Of a stretch of 64,000 nucleotides of DNA, positions 19,242-28,100 are shown in pieces (position 1 is the first letter of the stretch; every line of letters starts with the position of its first letter). The notes beneath the pieces are model-generated. The model had not been told where the DNA came from and ran no database searches. It worked only from the letters and a program-made list of their open reading frames with translations. This DNA is from Candidatus Obscuribacter phosphatis (lineage in GTDB: Bacteria; Cyanobacteriota; Vampirovibrionia; Obscuribacterales; Obscuribacteraceae): positions 4,357-68,356 of the forward strand of contig JAFLCK010000026.1 of the NCBI GenBank assembly GCA_017303615.1. Reading direction: 5' to 3'. The position numbers and the translations under genes are program-made.

Positions 19242-19880
19242 ATGACCAAGAAGACTGTCCTTACTGCCTTAAGCTTAGGTATTGCAGCTTTCTCTTTGTT
19301 GATTGAAATTGCCCCAAGTGCAACTGCTCAAGAAGCAAGTACTTCAGAAGCAAGTGCTCAAGAAGCAAGTGCTAATGCGCCAGTGACTCAGAGTAAGTTG
19401 CCAGAGCAGACTCAGTTACCGAGCCAGTCCCAAGATCAGCTTACAAGTCAGCCCCAAAATCTATCCCAAAATCAGACCCCGAGTCAGCCCCTAAGGCAGA
19501 CCTCAAATCAGCTCCTCGGTCAAACCCAAAATCAGGCCCCGAGTTTTCCTAATGCATCGTCTTCGCTGGGCCTATTGATGGGTGGAGTATTCGGTCTAGT
19601 GCAAGATTTGCTTTCGGGTGCGAATATTTCAGCTGTTTCGAACACTCAGAATTCTCAGAACACTCAAAATTCTCAGAACTCTCAAAATTCTCAAAATAAT
19701 CCAAACTCTCAAAGTCAGAATAACGCTCCTGGGCAAGCCGCTTCTGTCCTTGATGGCGTAACGGTCAAGGCTCCCTTTGTTAGTGTTGATACTCGGGGCG
19801 GCGTTAAGGTGAAAGCACCCTTTGTGATGATTGATACTACTGGTGGTGCGCAGGGGCTGCGGGTGCGAGCACCCTTCTAG
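19242..19880 (+). CDS. Secreted Q/S/N/T-rich low-complexity protein
   Basis: Signal peptide LSLGIAAFSLLIEIAPSATAQ. (NSQNTQ)n tract. C-terminal triplicated VKAPFV-x-DT-x-GG motif. Confidence 0.65.
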   Translation: MTKKTVLTALSLGIAAFSLLIEIAPSATAQEASTSEASAQEASANAPVTQSKLPEQTQLPSQSQDQLTSQPQNLSQNQTPSQPLRQTSNQLLGQTQNQAPSFPNASSSLGLLMGGVFGLVQDLLSGANISAVSNTQNSQNTQNSQNSQNSQNNPNSQSQNNAPGQAASVLDGVTVKAPFVSVDTRGGVKVKAPFVMIDTTGGAQGLRVRAPF

Positions 19881-19952
19881 AAGCTTCGCCTTAAATGGTA
19901 CTTTTGAGAATCTATTTTGAGAGCTCGATCTAATAGATTGATCTGATAAATT

Positions 19953-20106
19953 GATCTGATAGGCTGACCTGAGAACTCAGCCTGAGAACTTGATCTGATA
20001 GGCTGATCTGAGAACTCAGTCTGAGAGCTTGATCTGATAGGCTGACCTGAGAACTCAGTCTGAGAGCTCGATCTGATAGGCTGATCTGAGAACTCAGTCT
20101 GAGAGC
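19953..20106. repeat. 39-bp tandem repeat, about 4 copies plus degenerate upstream copies
   Basis: Unit GATCTGATAGGCTGA(C/T)CTGAGAACTCAG(C/T)CTGAGA(A/G)CT(T/C). The copies are directly abutting. Confidence 0.95.
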
Positions 20107-20111
20107 AAAAA

Positions 20112-20141
20112 AGAAAGTGGCTGTCTGACCAGCCACTTTCT
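20112..20141. terminator. Bidirectional rho-independent terminator between convergent genes
   Basis: 12-bp perfect stem AGAAAGTGGCTG / CAGCCACTTTCT with loop TCTGAC. An A-run lies on the 5' side and a T-rich tract on the 3' side. Confidence 0.85.
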
Positions 20142-20178
20142 TTCTCTAATCTAGATAGATTTGGTTATCTGCTTTTGC

Positions 20179-22029
20179 TTAGCGCTTGCCGGTGAGAATG
20201 CGCTTTCTCATGCGCACCGTCTGCGGTGTTATCTCCACGAGCTCATCGTCGTGAATGTACTCTAAGCATTTTTCTAGATTCATCTCGATTGGTGCTTGCA
20301 GAGTGACCAGCACATCGCCTGAGGCGCTGCGCATATTAGTCAGTTTCTTGGTCTTGCAGACATTGATATCGAGATCTTGGGGACGATTGTTTTCGCCTAC
20401 AATCATGCCGCTGTAGACTCTGGCGCCGGGGGTGATGAAGAAGACCCCACGGTCTTCGGCACCCTGGATGGCATAGGCTGTAGCGACGCCTTCTTCCCAG
20501 GCAATGAGAGCGCCGTTTCTTTGACGGGCAATATCACCGCAGAAAGGTCTGTATTCGATGAAGGCATGGTTCATGACGCCGTTGCCTTTGGTCAATCTCA
20601 GGAATTCACTTCTGAATCCAATTAGTCCGCGGGTAGGTACAACGAATTCGAGCAGGGCTTGGTTGCCTTCTACATTCATATTTTGCAGTTCGGCTTTTCT
20701 TGGTCCAAGCTCGTTCATTACTGAACCGGTATATTCATCGGGTACATCTATGAATAGTCTTTCGAAAGGTTCGCATTCGACCCCGTCGATTTCTTTCATG
20801 ATTACTTCCGGTCTCGAAACCTGGAATTCGAAGCCTTCTCTGCGCATGGTTTCGATCAAGATACCGAGGTGCAGTTCGCCACGACCGCTTACAATAAATG
20901 TGTCGGTGCTTTGGGTTTCGTTTACGCGCAGGCTGACATTGGTTTCAAGTTCGTGGAAGAGTCTGGCTCTCAGCTGTCTTGATGTGACGAACTTGCCTTC
21001 TTGCCCGGCGAAGGGGCTGTCGTTCACAAGAAAAGCCATCTTCATTGTTGGCTCGTCTACTTTGATGCGCGGCAGAGCCTCTGGTGTCTCGCCGTTAGTG
21101 ATGGTGTCACCAACGTTTGCTTGGGCGAAACCAGCTATGGCAACGATTTCTCCGGCTCTAGCTTCTTCCACTTCCACTCTTTTGAGACCATGGAAAGTGA
21201 AGAGCTTGCTGATTTTGCCTTTTACAATGGCGCCGTCTTCCTTGATCAAGCTTACTTGCTCGCCGGCCTTTAGTTTGCCGTTATGTATGCGTCCGATGCC
21301 GATACGACCTAGATAGTCCGAATAATCGAGGATGCTTATCTGCATCTGGCAGGCGACTTCGGTGCTGCCATCCGGGGCTGGGCAATGGCTCAAAATTAGA
21401 TCAAGCAAGGGGCGCAGGTCTTTGCCCTCTTCGGTGGGCTCGTGCATGGCGATGCCTTTGACGCCCGAGGCGAATAGATAGGGAAAGTCGAGCTGTTCAG
21501 GGCTGGCGCCCAACTCGACGAAGAGGTCGAATACTTTGTCGACTGCCACGTGGGGATCTATATTAGGTCTGTCAATTTTGTTGATCACCACGATTGGTCT
21601 CAGCCCACGCTCAAGCGCTTTGCGCAAGACGAAACGAGTCTGGGGCATGGGACCCTCGCCGCAGTCCACTACCAAAAGGGCGCCGTCCACCATACCGAGA
21701 ATGCGCTCCACTTCTCCGCCAAAGTCGGCGTGTCCGGGGGTGTCAACAATGTTGACCAGATGGTCTTTGTACTTAACGGCGGTATTCTTGGCCAGAATGG
21801 TGATACCACGCTCTCTTTCGAGGTCGTTCGAATCCATTACGCAATCAACGACTTCCTGATTTTCTCTGAAAACGCCGGTCTGTTTTAAGAAACCATCTAC
21901 CAGTGTGGTTTTGCCATGGTCAACGTGGGCGATGATGGCGATGTTCCGGATATGCTCCAGTTCTTTCGTTGTGCCATTGGCGCCGGTATTAGCTTGCTCT
22001 GTCATTGGTTCCATTATTGCCGTGCTCAT
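20179..22029 (-). CDS. typA: Translational GTPase TypA/BipA
   Basis: [38 protein letters not shown]. Full-length EF-G-like architecture of about 610 aa. Confidence 0.95.
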   Translation of the reverse strand: MSTAIMEPMTEQANTGANGTTKELEHIRNIAIIAHVDHGKTTLVDGFLKQTGVFRENQEVVDCVMDSNDLERERGITILAKNTAVKYKDHLVNIVDTPGHADFGGEVERILGMVDGALLVVDCGEGPMPQTRFVLRKALERGLRPIVVINKIDRPNIDPHVAVDKVFDLFVELGASPEQLDFPYLFASGVKGIAMHEPTEEGKDLRPLLDLILSHCPAPDGSTEVACQMQISILDYSDYLGRIGIGRIHNGKLKAGEQVSLIKEDGAIVKGKISKLFTFHGLKRVEVEEARAGEIVAIAGFAQANVGDTITNGETPEALPRIKVDEPTMKMAFLVNDSPFAGQEGKFVTSRQLRARLFHELETNVSLRVNETQSTDTFIVSGRGELHLGILIETMRREGFEFQVSRPEVIMKEIDGVECEPFERLFIDVPDEYTGSVMNELGPRKAELQNMNVEGNQALLEFVVPTRGLIGFRSEFLRLTKGNGVMNHAFIEYRPFCGDIARQRNGALIAWEEGVATAYAIQGAEDRGVFFITPGARVYSGMIVGENNRPQDLDINVCKTKKLTNMRSASGDVLVTLQAPIEMNLEKCLEYIHDDELVEITPQTVRMRKRILTGKR

Positions 22030-22107
22030 TGTTTGTTTTTCAGACCTGTTTCTATTAGGATTGTTTTTGTGGCATTGCTAGCCTACTTAATCGCTTTCGG
22101 GAGTTTT

Positions 22108-23208
22108 ATGACCTTTCAAGCCGTTGTGCTAAGAAGCCATGCTGGCGGTTATCTGGTGAATCTTGTTGATTGCCTGACCGGGAAAATCTTCTTCTGTCAG
22201 GCGCGCGGACGCTTGAAAAAAGAGAGAGTGTCCATAGTCGTCGGCGACCGTGTGGAAGTCGAGGAGGTTGATGAGGTAGCTTTGACGGGAGTAATCACCG
22301 CCCAGCTGCCACGTCGGAACTTACTCGAAAGACCCACGCTGGCCAACGTCGACCAGGTTGTTATTGTACAGGCCGTCAAGCAGCCCGATTTCTCCCCCCT
22401 TTTGTGCGATCGTTATCTAGTACATTTCCAGCTGGCCATGCCGTTTTCGAAGCCTGTAATTTGCTTCAATAAGAGTGATTTAGCCAGCCAAAATGAGCAG
22501 CTAGCTTTAAGAAGTATTTATGAACCTCTTGGATACTTTGTCATATTTGTGTCGGCCCGCACCGGTGCAGGCATAGACGACCTGCGCAATCTGCTGTCGG
22601 GTAAGATTTCGGTCTTTGCCGGGGCCTCGGGGGTGGGAAAGTCGACGATTCTGAACAACCTTTCACCTGAACTTGAACTTAAGACCGGTGTAATGGAGAA
22701 CGATTTCGGGGTGGGAAGACATACCACCACCGCCAGTGAACTCTATTGTCTAAACCTAAATAACCAGACCTGGGTGGCTGATACACCGGGTTTCAACCTC
22801 TATGATTTTCTGCACCCCGAGCCCAAAGATGTAGCTGACCAGTTTCCCGAAATTGCTGAACAGAAAGATAACTGTCATTTCAAAGATTGTTTGCATACAG
22901 TCGAGAAAGGTTGTGCCGTTACAAATATAGATGAGCGTCGCTATCAGAGTTATCTGACTCTTGTGGAAGAGAGCAAACTGGTTCGGCAGGAGGCTCGCAA
23001 ATCATCAACAAAAGTGGAGAAGTCGGTCAAGACTGTAGGTGGTGATGGGAACGCCGTCAGTATTCCGCGTCTCAATAAACGCTACAGACAGACATCAAGA
23101 CGAAAGCAGAAACAAGAGAGCTTTATCACCGATCCAGATCTTGCTGATGATCTGACACCGGAATCTTTTTCAGATCTTGATGAAGATTTTGATGAAGATT
23201 CTGAATAA
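22108..23208 (+). CDS. rsgA: Ribosome small-subunit-dependent GTPase A with basic/acidic C-terminal extension
   Basis: OB-fold N-terminus (GGYLVNL...CQARGRL), NKSDL, GASGVGKSTILNNL, GRHTTT, DTPGF, Zn motif CHFKDCLHTVEKGCAV. Start taken at ATG 22108 rather than 21916. Confidence 0.9.
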   Translation: MTFQAVVLRSHAGGYLVNLVDCLTGKIFFCQARGRLKKERVSIVVGDRVEVEEVDEVALTGVITAQLPRRNLLERPTLANVDQVVIVQAVKQPDFSPLLCDRYLVHFQLAMPFSKPVICFNKSDLASQNEQLALRSIYEPLGYFVIFVSARTGAGIDDLRNLLSGKISVFAGASGVGKSTILNNLSPELELKTGVMENDFGVGRHTTTASELYCLNLNNQTWVADTPGFNLYDFLHPEPKDVADQFPEIAEQKDNCHFKDCLHTVEKGCAVTNIDERRYQSYLTLVEESKLVRQEARKSSTKVEKSVKTVGGDGNAVSIPRLNKRYRQTSRRKQKQESFITDPDLADDLTPESFSDLDEDFDEDSE

Positions 23209-24475
23209 GCCCTCTGAGAGTGCCAAGCGTAAGCAAGGCATAAATAAAGAAGGGTTGGATCTTGAGAAAATGAAAGACCATCATGAGCATAAAGAAAGGC
23301 CAACTCAAGATGGGAAAAGCTAGTACAAGAGCCAAACTTGGTATAAGCGATTCGGTCTTTAGGTTTTGGCTTGTGCGATAAATTAGTTCTAGGGCAAAGA
23401 CCAAAAGCACATAGTCTTGCATATGGCAGTGCGGGCTCGATACAAGCATAAGGCAAAGGCTTGAGGCAAAGAGTAGATTGCGCTTTTCTGGGCTGGCTGT
23501 TTTTTCACGCTTAAACATAAAGTAGATGAAGATAGCCGTTGCCAGCCAGACGGCAAAGGCGATCTGATGTTCTAGTTTGCCGTCTTGCCCGGTGATGAGA
23601 AAGAGTGAACCGCGCAGATTTTGCATCATCTCAGGGGCGACCCCGGTGACTGCATGTCCGGTTTCGCCTTGCAACAGGGCGCTGGGAAAGTCGAGGATAT
23701 TTTGTATGCCTAAAAGTAAGGTGCAGGCGGTGCCAAGAATGATGGCACCGCTGCTGAAACCGGCTAGAAACTTAAGGCGCCCAAGCGCTAGTCCGACAGC
23801 CATTATGGCTGGCAGATACTGCAACTTCAATATAACCAGACTGGCGCTTATCCCGGCAATAAAGTAGCGCCCGCCTGCCAACCAATGCCAGAACAAAAGT
23901 ATGTCGGGCAAAAGAAAAAGCGAGGTTTGACCAAGTTTAAAGCTCATCCAGTATGGAAAGGAGGCGAAAGTGGCAATCGGTATTGAGATTTTGGTCTTGA
24001 GATTTTGATAGTGGGGTAGGACCGTTTTGACTAAGATAAGCAGGATGGCAAGCGCGGTGCCAAAGCACCAGACAAGCCAGGCATGAGACATTGAAAATAG
24101 AGAAAGGGGGAGAAAAAGCAGGTACATGACTGGAGCATATTGATTGTAAAACGGACTTTCTGGTTTTACCGGCGCAATCAATTGGTTCTGCAGTCGAGCT
24201 TGCACTTCGGCATCATAGATGCGGGGCAGTGCTTCCGGCGAGCTGCTTAGTTTAATTTGCAAGCATTGCTGAGCCAGTCGGGCAGCGGCATAAGAATTGA
24301 TAAAGTCGCTTACATAGGGCTTGCCTTCAATAATCTGGGCGAACATCTCGCCTTTGCCATAGACCTTGCCTAAATAGGCATAGCCCTGCATTCCCCAGAA
24401 AAAGAGCAGCGAAATATAGATAAGCCAGAGTCGGGTGCGATTTTTGGGGTTGCTAAAGAGCTTTGTAAAACTCAT
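23126..24475 (-). CDS. Polytopic membrane protein, GT-C type glycosyltransferase-like (DUF2029/GT87-like)
   Basis: Ten or more hydrophobic helices. N-terminal loop SDFINSYAAARLA resembles the DUF2029 Dxxx(Y)xxA motif. ATGA overlap with the upstream gene. Confidence 0.5.
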   Translation of the reverse strand: MSFTKLFSNPKNRTRLWLIYISLLFFWGMQGYAYLGKVYGKGEMFAQIIEGKPYVSDFINSYAAARLAQQCLQIKLSSSPEALPRIYDAEVQARLQNQLIAPVKPESPFYNQYAPVMYLLFLPLSLFSMSHAWLVWCFGTALAILLILVKTVLPHYQNLKTKISIPIATFASFPYWMSFKLGQTSLFLLPDILLFWHWLAGGRYFIAGISASLVILKLQYLPAIMAVGLALGRLKFLAGFSSGAIILGTACTLLLGIQNILDFPSALLQGETGHAVTGVAPEMMQNLRGSLFLITGQDGKLEHQIAFAVWLATAIFIYFMFKREKTASPEKRNLLFASSLCLMLVSSPHCHMQDYVLLVFALELIYRTSQNLKTESLIPSLALVLAFPILSWPFFMLMMVFHFLKIQPFFIYALLTLGTLRGLIQNLHQNLHQDLKKIPVSDHQQDLDR

Positions 24476-25491
24476 AAGATTGGCGACTGATTAAGCAAAT
24501 TAGCTGCAGATTTACCCTGTGCCGCCATGATAACAGCATCTACAGCCAATCGGGCCATAGCCAGCCTTGTCTCTGCCGTGGCTGACCCTATATGTGGTGC
24601 CAAGACGACATTGTCGAGTTTTATCAAAGCCTCTGGAACATTCGGTTCATAAGAAAAAACATCGAGACCTGCCACTATCCGTTTTTCCACTAGGGCTTTC
24701 ACTAGGGCTGCTTCATCTACAACTTTTCCCCTTGATGTATTGACCAAAATCGCCTGGTCTTTCATCAGTGCTATTTGTTCAGCCCCGATAAGACCGGCTG
24801 TGTCTTTATTGAGCGGGCAATTTAAGCTGATGAAATGACTTTCGCGCATTAGTGTATTGAGGCTGACGCGGCAGGCGCCGTATTTCTCTTGCAACTCTAA
24901 GTCTTTCTCATCGCTCTTGAAAGAATCACTATAGTCTGAGCGCGTATAGATAATGCGCATGTCGAAAGCCTGCGCGCGTCTGGCTACTTCTTTGCCGATG
25001 CGTCCCATCCCGACTATGCCGAAGGTCTTGCCGCAAGTTTCATGTCCGAGCATTAGTTCGTTCTCAAAACCATTCCAGAGACCGGCTCGCACGTATTTGT
25101 CGGCTTCTACTATGCGTCTGGCGCAGGCAAGAAAGAGCGAGAAGGTCAGGTCGGCTGTCGCTTTGTCGAGCACTCCTGGTGTATTCGCCACCAAGATTCC
25201 CTGCTCTTTGCAATATTCAAAGTCAATATTGTCAAAGCCTACGGCGCGCTGGGCGATCATCTTTACTTTGCCGCCTGCCAGGGTTTGACGATCAAGCCTA
25301 TCTTGCGGTTCAGAAAGAATGACATCAAAAGCGGCCGCCAGCTCTTGCATCTTATTTAGGGGCAAAGGCTGGGTGCGGTCAATTACTTCTACCTTGACAA
25401 ATTGTCCGAGCTTGTTTAGCAAGTCTCCAGGCAATTTGCCCAGGCTGACGGCGCTATGAAATATTGGCTGCATAGAGTGTCTGATTCTCAT
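24472..25491 (-). CDS. D-isomer-specific 2-hydroxyacid dehydrogenase (glyoxylate/hydroxypyruvate reductase-like)
   Basis: NAD motif GIVGMGRIGKEVARRA. NTSRG, DV...EP and PHIGSAT blocks. The start is uncertain (it overlaps the glpD 3' end). Confidence 0.85.
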   Translation of the reverse strand: MRIRHSMQPIFHSAVSLGKLPGDLLNKLGQFVKVEVIDRTQPLPLNKMQELAAAFDVILSEPQDRLDRQTLAGGKVKMIAQRAVGFDNIDFEYCKEQGILVANTPGVLDKATADLTFSLFLACARRIVEADKYVRAGLWNGFENELMLGHETCGKTFGIVGMGRIGKEVARRAQAFDMRIIYTRSDYSDSFKSDEKDLELQEKYGACRVSLNTLMRESHFISLNCPLNKDTAGLIGAEQIALMKDQAILVNTSRGKVVDEAALVKALVEKRIVAGLDVFSYEPNVPEALIKLDNVVLAPHIGSATAETRLAMARLAVDAVIMAAQGKSAANLLNQSPIL

Positions 25492-27121
25492 AGAGTGTGC
25501 CGACCAGATTTTCTATTTCTTTGGCTATACGCTCATTGTCAAAGCCCGGCTTATACTTAGCCACCAATTTGGCAACTTTGGGAGCGGCGGCAAGGCACTG
25601 TCTGTGGTGTAGAAAAGCGAGCCTAATTCTCCTGGCCAAAATATCGACCAAACATTCTGCCAGTTCGTTTTCCACCACGAAGGCTACTTCGGCCATTATC
25701 GGTGGAAAGTCGGGACAAATGCGCTCAACCAAGGCCGGCTGCTCTTCTACAATCTGGAGAATCTTGAGAGCGTCTTTGCCATAAGTGGCAATAATGTGTT
25801 CTATAGAAGCTGGGTCTAAGGCTAGCTTTCTTGCCTGGCTCAAAACTTTTGCCGAGCTGGTTAGATAATCGTTCTTATCTTCCCAGCCACCAAGCATGAT
25901 ACTGCCGGTTTTTGATGGCAAGGCTGCCACATCGGCTTGCCTAGCCTTGAGTTTATCCAGCACCATGTCGGTGAGGTGAATGGCAAGCATGCGGTAATTG
26001 GTCAGTTTGCCGCCGATAAGCCCGATTATGCCCATAGGACCTGTGAACAATAGGTGCTCTCTGGAAATATTTTTGGTTTCTTCGCCTTCCGCTAGTACTA
26101 GCGGTCTGAGCCCTGCCCAGGAGGCGATTACATCTCGTCTTTCAACCGGGCGTTTTCCCTGTGAGCCGTACGAATTCAAGACTGAAATCAGATAGTTTAT
26201 CTCTTCTTCGGTGGGCTTGGGATTTTCCAGGGGGCCTTCGTAGGCTAGATCGGTGGTGCCTACCATCAATGTTTTCTGCCAGGGGACGACAAAGACATAA
26301 CGTCCGTCATCGGTGGGCAAAAATAAGGCGGTACTGGTTTCAAAACAAGAGAGGGGCAGCATTATATGGGTGCCTTTGGCCGGCGCTACTTTGTCTTTCC
26401 AGTCGCTTTTAATTTGTCTTAGCAAGCGGTCGGTCCAGACCCCTGCCGCATTGACACAGGCTTTGCCCTTGATTCTTATCTCTTCGCCGCTGATTCTGTC
26501 TTTACAGATTACAGCGGCGATATGCTCTTCCGTACCTTCAAAGTTCACTGCTTCCATATAGTTCAAGCAATGAGCGCCAAATTTGTCGGCTGACTTCAAT
26601 ACTTCCATGACGATGCGCGAATCGTCTGTAATGCAGTCGTGAAAGCGCAGCGCCCCTTGCACGCCATCGGGTGAAAGAGAGGGAACGGCGCTCAAGGTCG
26701 CCTTTCTTGAGAGTCTTTCATGCCGTCTTACACCGGCGGCATTGATTGAAAGTATGTCGTAAAGAGTGAGGCCGATATCAGCCTTTAAACCAAAAAATGT
26801 CTTGCCTTTTCTCACCGGCAAGACAAAGCTGAAATCTCTCACCATGTGCGGTGCCAGTTGTTCTAGAAGACCTCTTTCTTGGCAGAGCTCTCGGGTCAAT
26901 CTAAATTGCAATTGCTCGAGATAGCGCAGACCGCCGTGGATAAGTTTGGTGGTGCGGCTACTGGTCCCAGAGGCAAAATCGTCCTTTTCGACAAGGGCCA
27001 CCGATAAGCCGCGAGAGGCGGCGTCCTGGGCTACTCCAGCCCCTACGACACCGCCTCCCACAATAATCAGGTCAAATTCCTTGGTTCTAAATGCTTCGAG
27101 AATTTGACTGCGTTTTTGCAT
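25454..27121 (-). CDS. glpD: FAD-dependent glycerol-3-phosphate dehydrogenase
   Basis: FDLIIVGGGVVGAGVAQDAASRGL...EKDDFASGTSSRTTKLIHGGLRYLE. About 555 aa, with the C-terminal helical domain. Confidence 0.9.
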   Translation of the reverse strand: MQKRSQILEAFRTKEFDLIIVGGGVVGAGVAQDAASRGLSVALVEKDDFASGTSSRTTKLIHGGLRYLEQLQFRLTRELCQERGLLEQLAPHMVRDFSFVLPVRKGKTFFGLKADIGLTLYDILSINAAGVRRHERLSRKATLSAVPSLSPDGVQGALRFHDCITDDSRIVMEVLKSADKFGAHCLNYMEAVNFEGTEEHIAAVICKDRISGEEIRIKGKACVNAAGVWTDRLLRQIKSDWKDKVAPAKGTHIMLPLSCFETSTALFLPTDDGRYVFVVPWQKTLMVGTTDLAYEGPLENPKPTEEEINYLISVLNSYGSQGKRPVERRDVIASWAGLRPLVLAEGEETKNISREHLLFTGPMGIIGLIGGKLTNYRMLAIHLTDMVLDKLKARQADVAALPSKTGSIMLGGWEDKNDYLTSSAKVLSQARKLALDPASIEHIIATYGKDALKILQIVEEQPALVERICPDFPPIMAEVAFVVENELAECLVDILARRIRLAFLHHRQCLAAAPKVAKLVAKYKPGFDNERIAKEIENLVGTLYENQTLYAANIS

Positions 27122-27124
27122 GGC

Positions 27125-27595
27125 TTATCTTAATTTATCCTTCAGGAGTCCCATTCCTAGACCGAGTGCTGCACCCACCGCCGCTCCTTTAGCTACGTTT
27201 TTGGTCTGACCTCTACCTTTTGAGGCCGACCAGGTGAGACCTGCTGCAGTAATGGTGCCGTTGGCGACATCCTTTACAACCGGGTGCTTACTCATAATTT
27301 TACTAGAATTTACCAGTCCCACGGTGGCTCCTGTTCCTGCCCCAATAGCGGCCCCACGCACCAGTCCTTTTCCCGAGACCAGTCCACTGACGGCTCCTGC
27401 GGCAGTTCCCACTCCGGCACCAATGGTTGCCTGCCTGACTTTCTCGTGGTTTTGGAAGAAAGTTTTTACCTTACTTTGGCTGGTGCCTTTGCTCACTCCA
27501 GCCTGCAATGTGTCTGCCAGGGCAGGGGTCAGGGCGGCTGCCTGCATGGTGATTGCGGTAAGGGCTATCGATGCGACTTGGCGAAGGTTACTCAT
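27125..27595 (-). CDS. Secreted/membrane glycine-zipper protein
   Basis: ATG 27595 lies 9 nt after GGAG. Signal peptide ...AAALTPALA. GAGVGTAAGAVSGLVSG and AAIGAGTGATVGLV zippers. Confidence 0.65.
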   Translation of the reverse strand: MSNLRQVASIALTAITMQAAALTPALADTLQAGVSKGTSQSKVKTFFQNHEKVRQATIGAGVGTAAGAVSGLVSGKGLVRGAAIGAGTGATVGLVNSSKIMSKHPVVKDVANGTITAAGLTWSASKGRGQTKNVAKGAAVGAALGLGMGLLKDKLR

Positions 27596-28100
27596 TTCTT
27601 TGCTCCGATTTCTAGTTCTAGCTGAAATACACATAAAACCTGCTCTTCTATCTAGTAGAGGCTACCATTAAAATTCGTTTTTGCACACCACCCATGATGT
27701 CACTGCAGCCCCTACAGGATTTTAGTAGTCGGCGGAAGCCGCCAATTTGTTCCTTCTTGAGGATATTTTCGCAGAAAAGTTTTGATTAAATCTTGGCGGG
27801 ACGTTCTCCGTCTGCCAATGTTCCGCCCGGAAAACCTTTGTGAGCCGAATTTTACTATCTCTTCGAAACCTTATTTTTTGCCCATATGTCTTCAATTTTG
27901 GTTGAATTTACAGGTAAAAAAACGCTCGATTGGCTATCCTTATCGGTTATCCCTTGCCTTTCGTGAGTGCACAAGTATGAGTACCGTCGAATCGCAGCGG
28001 GACGGTTTTTGGATCTGCATTTCTTAGAGACTGTCTAGATGTTTTTTCCAAAGCCGGCATCCTACATTTCCGAGTTGTCCCAATCTTTTGAGTTGAGTAG

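Noticed and set aside
19953-20106. Possible CRISPR array
   Set aside because: The repeats abut directly with no unique spacers, and no cas genes are nearby.
19930-20136. 68-aa minus-strand ORF (LRLSSQISLSD repeats) spanning the 39-bp tandem repeat
   Set aside because: Its ATG lies inside the stem of the bidirectional terminator and it has no RBS. Its openness is a by-product of a repeat unit that is a multiple of three. It is kept only as a remark in the repeat finding.
21822-21840. tRNA-like GGTCGTTCGAATCC string
   Set aside because: It lies inside the typA coding sequence with no surrounding cloverleaf arms.
20377-21888. Several plus-strand ORFs (82-252 aa) inside typA; similar antisense ORFs occur inside nuoL (40681..41448), korA (42300..42986, 43020..43580), korB (44305..44880), glnN and the giant gene
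   Set aside because: These are shadow ORFs opposite strongly supported conserved genes. Their compositions are Ser/Arg/Pro-rich, typical of antisense frames.
21916-22107. Longer rsgA start (ORF track 21916) adding 64 aa
   Set aside because: The extra residues overlap the typA 5' end on the opposite strand and have no RsgA similarity. The conserved OB-fold begins right after ATG 22108.
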